From the UHGV virus genome UHGV-0037186: a stretch of DNA of 10,400 nt. One strand, written 5' to 3'. Shown here in pieces: positions 6,410 through 10,400 of this stretch. Positions within the stretch are counted from its first letter, which is position 1. Each line of letters starts with the position of its first letter. The stretch is from a virus. The translations under genes and the position numbers were made by a program. The notes below the pieces were generated by a model. The model had not been told where the DNA came from, made no database searches, and saw only the letters and a program-made list of their open reading frames with translations.

Positions 6410-6457
6410 GTCTGTTAAACCTGTGGCGATTCAGTCTATTAAACCTGTGGCGATTCA
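6410..6457. repeat. Tandem direct repeat, 2 x 24 bp (GTCTGTTAAACCTGTGGCGATTCA / GTCTATTAAACCTGTGGCGATTCA), one mismatch
   Basis: Read directly from the sequence at 6410-6433 and 6434-6457. Lies in the 232-bp AT-rich non-coding spacer between the lipoprotein ORF and hsdM. Confidence 0.8.
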
Positions 6458-6618
6458 CTTTATGGTGTCATAAACTTAAATCTAGCGCCGGGTAGAACAA
6501 GTTAATCGAACGATGTAGCGGCCATTTAGGCGTTACAGAAAGAACAGAATTTTAAATTTATAGTGAAGCCGTTGCAGCAACTTTGTGGGGTGCAACCAAC
6601 ACTGAACAGGAAAAGAAA

Positions 6619-9042
6619 ATGGATCATAGTGTACATAACAAGCTCATCTCATTTATTTGGAACATTGCCGACGACTGTTTACGTGATGTGTACGTTCGCG
6701 GTAAGTACCGCGATGTGATTTTACCTATGGTGGTATTACGACGTTTAGATACGTTACTTGAACCCACCAAAGAAGCCGTGCTTGAAGAGGTCAAGTTCCA
6801 AAAAGAAGAGATGCAAGCCACGGAGCTTGATGATGAACCATTGAAGGCGGCTAGTGGTTATGTTTTTTACAATACATCTAAATGGACCCTGAAATCCCTG
6901 TTCAACACCGCAACGAATAACCAACAGATATTACTCGCCAACTTTGAAGAGTACCTGCTTGGCTTTAGCGATAATGTTAAAGAAATCATTGAATGCTTTA
7001 ACCTCAAGTTGCAAATTCGTCACATGGCCTCAAAGCAAGTCCTTCTTGATGTCGTCGAAAAGTTTGTTTCCCCTTACATCAACTTAACTCATGAAACGGT
7101 CGAAGACCCAGATGGCAACAAGATGCCAGCCCTTACTAACCTGGGTATGGGGTACGTGTTCGAAGAGTTGATCCGTAAGTTCAACGAAGAAAACAACGAA
7201 GAAGCCGGTGAGCACTTTACACCTAGGGAAGTGATTGAGCTGATGACACACTTGGTTTTTGACCCAGTGAAAGAGCAGCTACCATTGACCATGACCGTTT
7301 ACGACCCTGCGTGTGGTAGCGGTGGTATGCTCACTGAATCTCAAAACTTCATTGAAGAGAAATACCCGAACGACAGCCGAGATATTTACCTTTACGGCAA
7401 AGAGATCAATGACGAGACCTACGCGATTTGTAAATCGGACATGATGATCAAAGGCAACAACCCTGAGAACATCAAAGTAGGCTCAACCTTGTCTACCGAC
7501 GAGTTTGCGGCTTCACGCTTTGACTTTATGTTGTCTAACCCGCCATACGGTAAGAGTTGGGCGTCTGAACAGAAGTACATTAAAGACGGCAGTGATGTGA
7601 TTGACCCGCGTTTTAAGGTTAGCCTGAAAGACTATTGGGGAAATCTCGAAGTGGTGGATGCCACGCCACGTTCGAGTGATGGCCAGCTGCTTTTCTTAAT
7701 GGAGATGGTCAACAAGATGAAAGATCCGAGCGTAAGTCCATTAGGCAGCCGGATTGCCTCTGTTCATAACGGCTCATCGCTCTTTACCGGTGATGCGGGC
7801 GGTGGCGAAAGTAATATTCGTCGCTTCATCATTGAAAACGACATGCTAGATGCCATCGTTCAGTTACCTAATAACCTGTTCTATAACACTGGCATTACCA
7901 CTTACATTTGGGTGTTGAGCAACAATAAACCTGAGGCGCGTAAAGGTAAGGTGCAATTAATTGATGCCAGCTTGCTCTACCGTAAGTTGCGCAAGAACTT
8001 AGGTAACAAAAACTGCGAATTTGCGCCTGAGCACATCACGGAAATTACCGATACTTACCTCGCGTGTAAGGATGTTGAAAGAGCACTGGATGCAAACAAT
8101 GATCCTGTTGGCATCGCCAGTAAGGTATTCAGCAATGACGATTTTGGCTACTACAAAGTCACTATCGAGCGCCCAGATCGCCGCAAAGCCAAGTTTACTC
8201 AAGATGCCATAGCCCCACTGCGTTTTGATAAGCAACTTAGTGAAGTGATGGAGTACGTGTACGCAGAGCACGGCGAACGTGTTTACGAAAAAACTGGCTA
8301 CGGGTCAGATCAGAAAAAGAGCTTCTTAAAATCCATCGAGAAAGACATTCTTTCTTGGTGTGAAGATAACGACATCAGTCTCAATGCTAAGGCTAAGGCC
8401 AAACTGCTTGATGTGAAACACTGGCTGGCGCTAAAAGCATTGCTTGAAACTGCACAAACGCTGATGGCTGACATCGGTAGCATTGAATTTGATGACTTCA
8501 ATAGCTTTAAAACCCAAGTTGATAAATCGCTAAAAGCCCATGCTATTAAGCTTTCAGCACCTGAGAAAAATGCCATTCTTCACGCGGTGAGCTGGTATGA
8601 CGAAACCGCCAAGAAAGTGGTTAAAAAGGTAGTTAAATTAACGGGTGATAAATTAAACGACCTGCTGGAGCGCTATGAGTGTGAAGTCGCTGACTTGCCA
8701 GATTTTGGTTATTACCCCGTTCCTTCAGCAGAAGGCGGTAAAAAAGGCGAGTATATCACTTACGAGACCAATTCAGACCTGCGAGATACAGAATCTGTTC
8801 CATTAAAGCAAAGCATTTACCAGTACTTCCTAGATGAAGTGAAGCCTCATGTCGATGAAGCATGGATAAACCTAGATACGGTAAAAATTGGCTATGAAAT
8901 CAGCTTCAATAAGTATTTCTACCGTCATAAACCGCTGCGTAGTTTAGAAGAGGTCGCAACCGACATCATCAACCTAGAACAAAAAGCCGAAGGTTTGATT
9001 GCGCAGATTCTTGGTGCGGAAGTAAAAAAGGTTCAGGGGTAA
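6619..9042 (+). CDS. hsdM: Type I restriction-modification system, DNA methyltransferase subunit M (N6-adenine), unusually long (~807 aa)
   Basis: SD AGGA (6608-6611) 7 nt before ATG 6619; the track's 6583 start is an upstream TTG extension. HsdM N-terminal domain signature (LISFIWNIADDCLRDVYVRGKYRDVILPMVVLRRLD), FTPREV, AdoMet motif I DPACGSGGML (~7303-7332) and catalytic motif IV NPPYG (~7537-7551). About 330 aa extend beyond the catalytic core. Confidence 0.9.
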   Translation: MDHSVHNKLISFIWNIADDCLRDVYVRGKYRDVILPMVVLRRLDTLLEPTKEAVLEEVKFQKEEMQATELDDEPLKAASGYVFYNTSKWTLKSLFNTATNNQQILLANFEEYLLGFSDNVKEIIECFNLKLQIRHMASKQVLLDVVEKFVSPYINLTHETVEDPDGNKMPALTNLGMGYVFEELIRKFNEENNEEAGEHFTPREVIELMTHLVFDPVKEQLPLTMTVYDPACGSGGMLTESQNFIEEKYPNDSRDIYLYGKEINDETYAICKSDMMIKGNNPENIKVGSTLSTDEFAASRFDFMLSNPPYGKSWASEQKYIKDGSDVIDPRFKVSLKDYWGNLEVVDATPRSSDGQLLFLMEMVNKMKDPSVSPLGSRIASVHNGSSLFTGDAGGGESNIRRFIIENDMLDAIVQLPNNLFYNTGITTYIWVLSNNKPEARKGKVQLIDASLLYRKLRKNLGNKNCEFAPEHITEITDTYLACKDVERALDANNDPVGIASKVFSNDDFGYYKVTIERPDRRKAKFTQDAIAPLRFDKQLSEVMEYVYAEHGERVYEKTGYGSDQKKSFLKSIEKDILSWCEDNDISLNAKAKAKLLDVKHWLALKALLETAQTLMADIGSIEFDDFNSFKTQVDKSLKAHAIKLSAPEKNAILHAVSWYDETAKKVVKKVVKLTGDKLNDLLERYECEVADLPDFGYYPVPSAEGGKKGEYITYETNSDLRDTESVPLKQSIYQYFLDEVKPHVDEAWINLDTVKIGYEISFNKYFYRHKPLRSLEEVATDIINLEQKAEGLIAQILGAEVKKVQG

Positions 9043-9048
9043 GTCGTT

Positions 9049-10350
9049 ATGATGAAGATTTCTGAAATGCCGAAATATGAGGTTTATAAGGATTCAGGTG
9101 TTGAATGGCTAGGGGATATTCCTGCGTCTTGGAGCTTATTAGCTAATAAGCACATCTTTCGCTTGAAGAAAAAACAGGTTGGAAAACGCTCAAGCGAATA
9201 TGATTTGCTATCGCTTACTCTCAGAGGTGTGATTAAGCGTGATATGGAAAACCCAGAGGGTAAGTTCCCAGCAGAGTTCGATACTTATCAAGAAGTGCAG
9301 TGTGGAGATTTCATTTTCTGCTTGTTCGACGTGGAAGAAACACCCAGAACTGTTGGGTTGTCGCCATTTAATGGGATGATTACTGGTGCATATACCGTTT
9401 TTGAACTAAATGACAATTTTGATAATAGGTTTTTATACTATTTTTATATGAACCTTGATGCAAAAAAGATGCTTAAACCGCTTTATCGTGGCCTGAGAAA
9501 TACAATTCCTAAAGATTCATTTCTGAGTTTTAAGACGTTTGTTCCTCCCCATGAGCAACAAACCCGTATCGCCAACTTCCTAGACAAGAAAACCGCTCTA
9601 ATCGACGAAGCGATTTCGATCAAAGAGCAGCAAATTAGCCTGCTGAAAGAGCGTAAGCAGATCATCATCCAACAGGCGGTGACCCAAGGGCTTGATCCCA
9701 ATGTGCCAATGAAAGACTCCGGTGTGGATTGGATTGGTAAGATTCCAGCGCATTGGGATATTGTGCCAGGATTTACAGTATTTAAAGAGGGAAAAGACTC
9801 GAACAAAGGGATGATTGAATCACAAGTTTTATCTCTCAGTTATGGAAATGTTATTATAAAACCAGAGGAGAAATTGGTTGGGCTTGTACCTGAGTCTTTT
9901 GAAACGTATCAAATAGCTTTACCTGGCGACATCATAATACGTTGTACAGACTTGCAAAATGACAAAACGAGCTTGAGAACGGGTATAGTGCGGAATAAAG
10001 GAATTATAACTAGTGCTTACCTTAACTTACGGTTGAAAACGGAACATTCAGCTGAATTTATGCATTATTTTCTTCATGTATTAGATATAACTAAAACTAT
10101 ATATCGTTTTGGTTCTGGGCTGAGACAAAACTTGAGTTATAAAGATTTTAAGCATATGAGAATATTGATGCCTCCTAAAGCAGAGCAAATTGAAATAGTA
10201 AATTACATCAATAATCAAGTAGAAGTGACTGAGTCATCTATTGATCTGATTAAAAATAAAATAGAAAAATTAAAAGAATACAAAACCACCCTGATCAACA
10301 GCGCCGTGACAGGAAAAATAAAAATCACCCCAGAAATGGTTGAGCAATAG
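9049..10350 (+). CDS. hsdS: Type I restriction-modification system, specificity subunit S (two target-recognition domains)
   Basis: Starts 6 nt after the hsdM stop (translational coupling). Internal duplicated architecture typical of HsdS: TRD1 begins SGVEWLGDIPASWSL, TRD2 begins SGVDWIGKIPAHWDI; conserved central region (PPHEQQTRIANFLDKKTALIDEAI) and C-terminal region (PPKAEQIEIVNYINNQVEVTESSI). The 3' half is very AT-rich. Confidence 0.85.
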   Translation: MMKISEMPKYEVYKDSGVEWLGDIPASWSLLANKHIFRLKKKQVGKRSSEYDLLSLTLRGVIKRDMENPEGKFPAEFDTYQEVQCGDFIFCLFDVEETPRTVGLSPFNGMITGAYTVFELNDNFDNRFLYYFYMNLDAKKMLKPLYRGLRNTIPKDSFLSFKTFVPPHEQQTRIANFLDKKTALIDEAISIKEQQISLLKERKQIIIQQAVTQGLDPNVPMKDSGVDWIGKIPAHWDIVPGFTVFKEGKDSNKGMIESQVLSLSYGNVIIKPEEKLVGLVPESFETYQIALPGDIIIRCTDLQNDKTSLRTGIVRNKGIITSAYLNLRLKTEHSAEFMHYFLHVLDITKTIYRFGSGLRQNLSYKDFKHMRILMPPKAEQIEIVNYINNQVEVTESSIDLIKNKIEKLKEYKTTLINSAVTGKIKITPEMVEQ

Positions 10351-10359
10351 GACGCGAAT

Positions 10360-10400
10360 ATGTTCACGGTAAATCATCAAACCAACAGGATTAGTCCTGT
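10360..10400 (+). CDS. 5' end of an unidentified downstream ORF (MFTVNHQTNRISP...), truncated by the window edge
   Basis: ATG at 10360, 9 nt after the hsdS stop, with a weak AGGA upstream. Only 13 codons visible; could be hsdR or an accessory gene, and cannot be identified from this fragment. Confidence 0.2.
   Translation, partial: MFTVNHQTNRISP

Noticed and set aside
6410-6457. Possibility that the tandem repeat is a CRISPR array
   Set aside because: Only two copies, directly adjacent with no spacer, 24 bp with one mismatch, and no cas genes or leader; does not fit CRISPR architecture.
6583-6618. TTG-initiated N-terminal extension of hsdM (MWGATNTEQEKK...) given in the ORF track
   Set aside because: An ATG at 6619 has a properly spaced SD (AGGA, 7 nt upstream) and the conserved HsdM N-terminus starts there; the extension is probably an artefact of taking the longest ORF.
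7089-8576. Short minus-strand ORFs inside hsdM (7089-7292, 7999-8271, 8310-8576) and inside hsdS (9483-9806)
   Set aside because: Antisense to genes with diagnostic methyltransferase and specificity-subunit motifs; typical spurious frames in AT-rich coding sequence.

Overview
This 10.4-kb window is a mosaic of two compositionally distinct parts. No database search was possible; all calls rest on reading the ORF translations and the DNA by eye.

(1) Positions ~1-5930 are GC-richer and carry a co-directional, tightly packed recombination/replication module of phage or mobile-element type, with strong Shine-Dalgarno sites and three intrinsic terminators. It encodes a possible UvsY-like mediator (low confidence), a T4 gp32-like Zn-binding SSB with a low-complexity Ala/Ser-rich tail and acidic tip, a 5'-3' exonuclease/flap endonuclease, a small unknown ORF, and a bacterial-type RecA-family recombinase.

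The most striking feature is in that recombinase: its Walker A P-loop (GPPSAGK|T) is split by a 422-aa intein (nt 3753-5018) with canonical splice residues (Cys1, terminal His-Asn, Thr+1) and two LAGLIDADG homing-endonuclease motifs. Removing it in silico gives a ~357-aa RecA. A divergent 186-aa ORF with a Cys-rich N-terminus and HTH-like C-terminus sits at the left edge behind a bidirectional terminator.

(2) Positions ~5990-6390 hold two small genes: a 2-TM membrane peptide and a lipoprotein (lipobox LTGC) that looks like the truncated N-terminus of an SPFH/band-7-type protein. A 232-bp AT-rich spacer follows, containing a tandem 2 x 24-bp repeat.

(3) Positions 6619-10350 are AT-richer and encode a Type I restriction-modification methyltransferase (hsdM, unusually long at ~807 aa, with motifs DPACGSGG and NPPYG) translationally coupled to a two-TRD specificity subunit (hsdS). 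No hsdR lies within the window; a new ORF starts at 10360 and runs off the end.

My best candidate for an undescribed system is the intein-bearing RecA within the self-contained recombination kit, sitting beside an apparently acquired hsdMS cassette.
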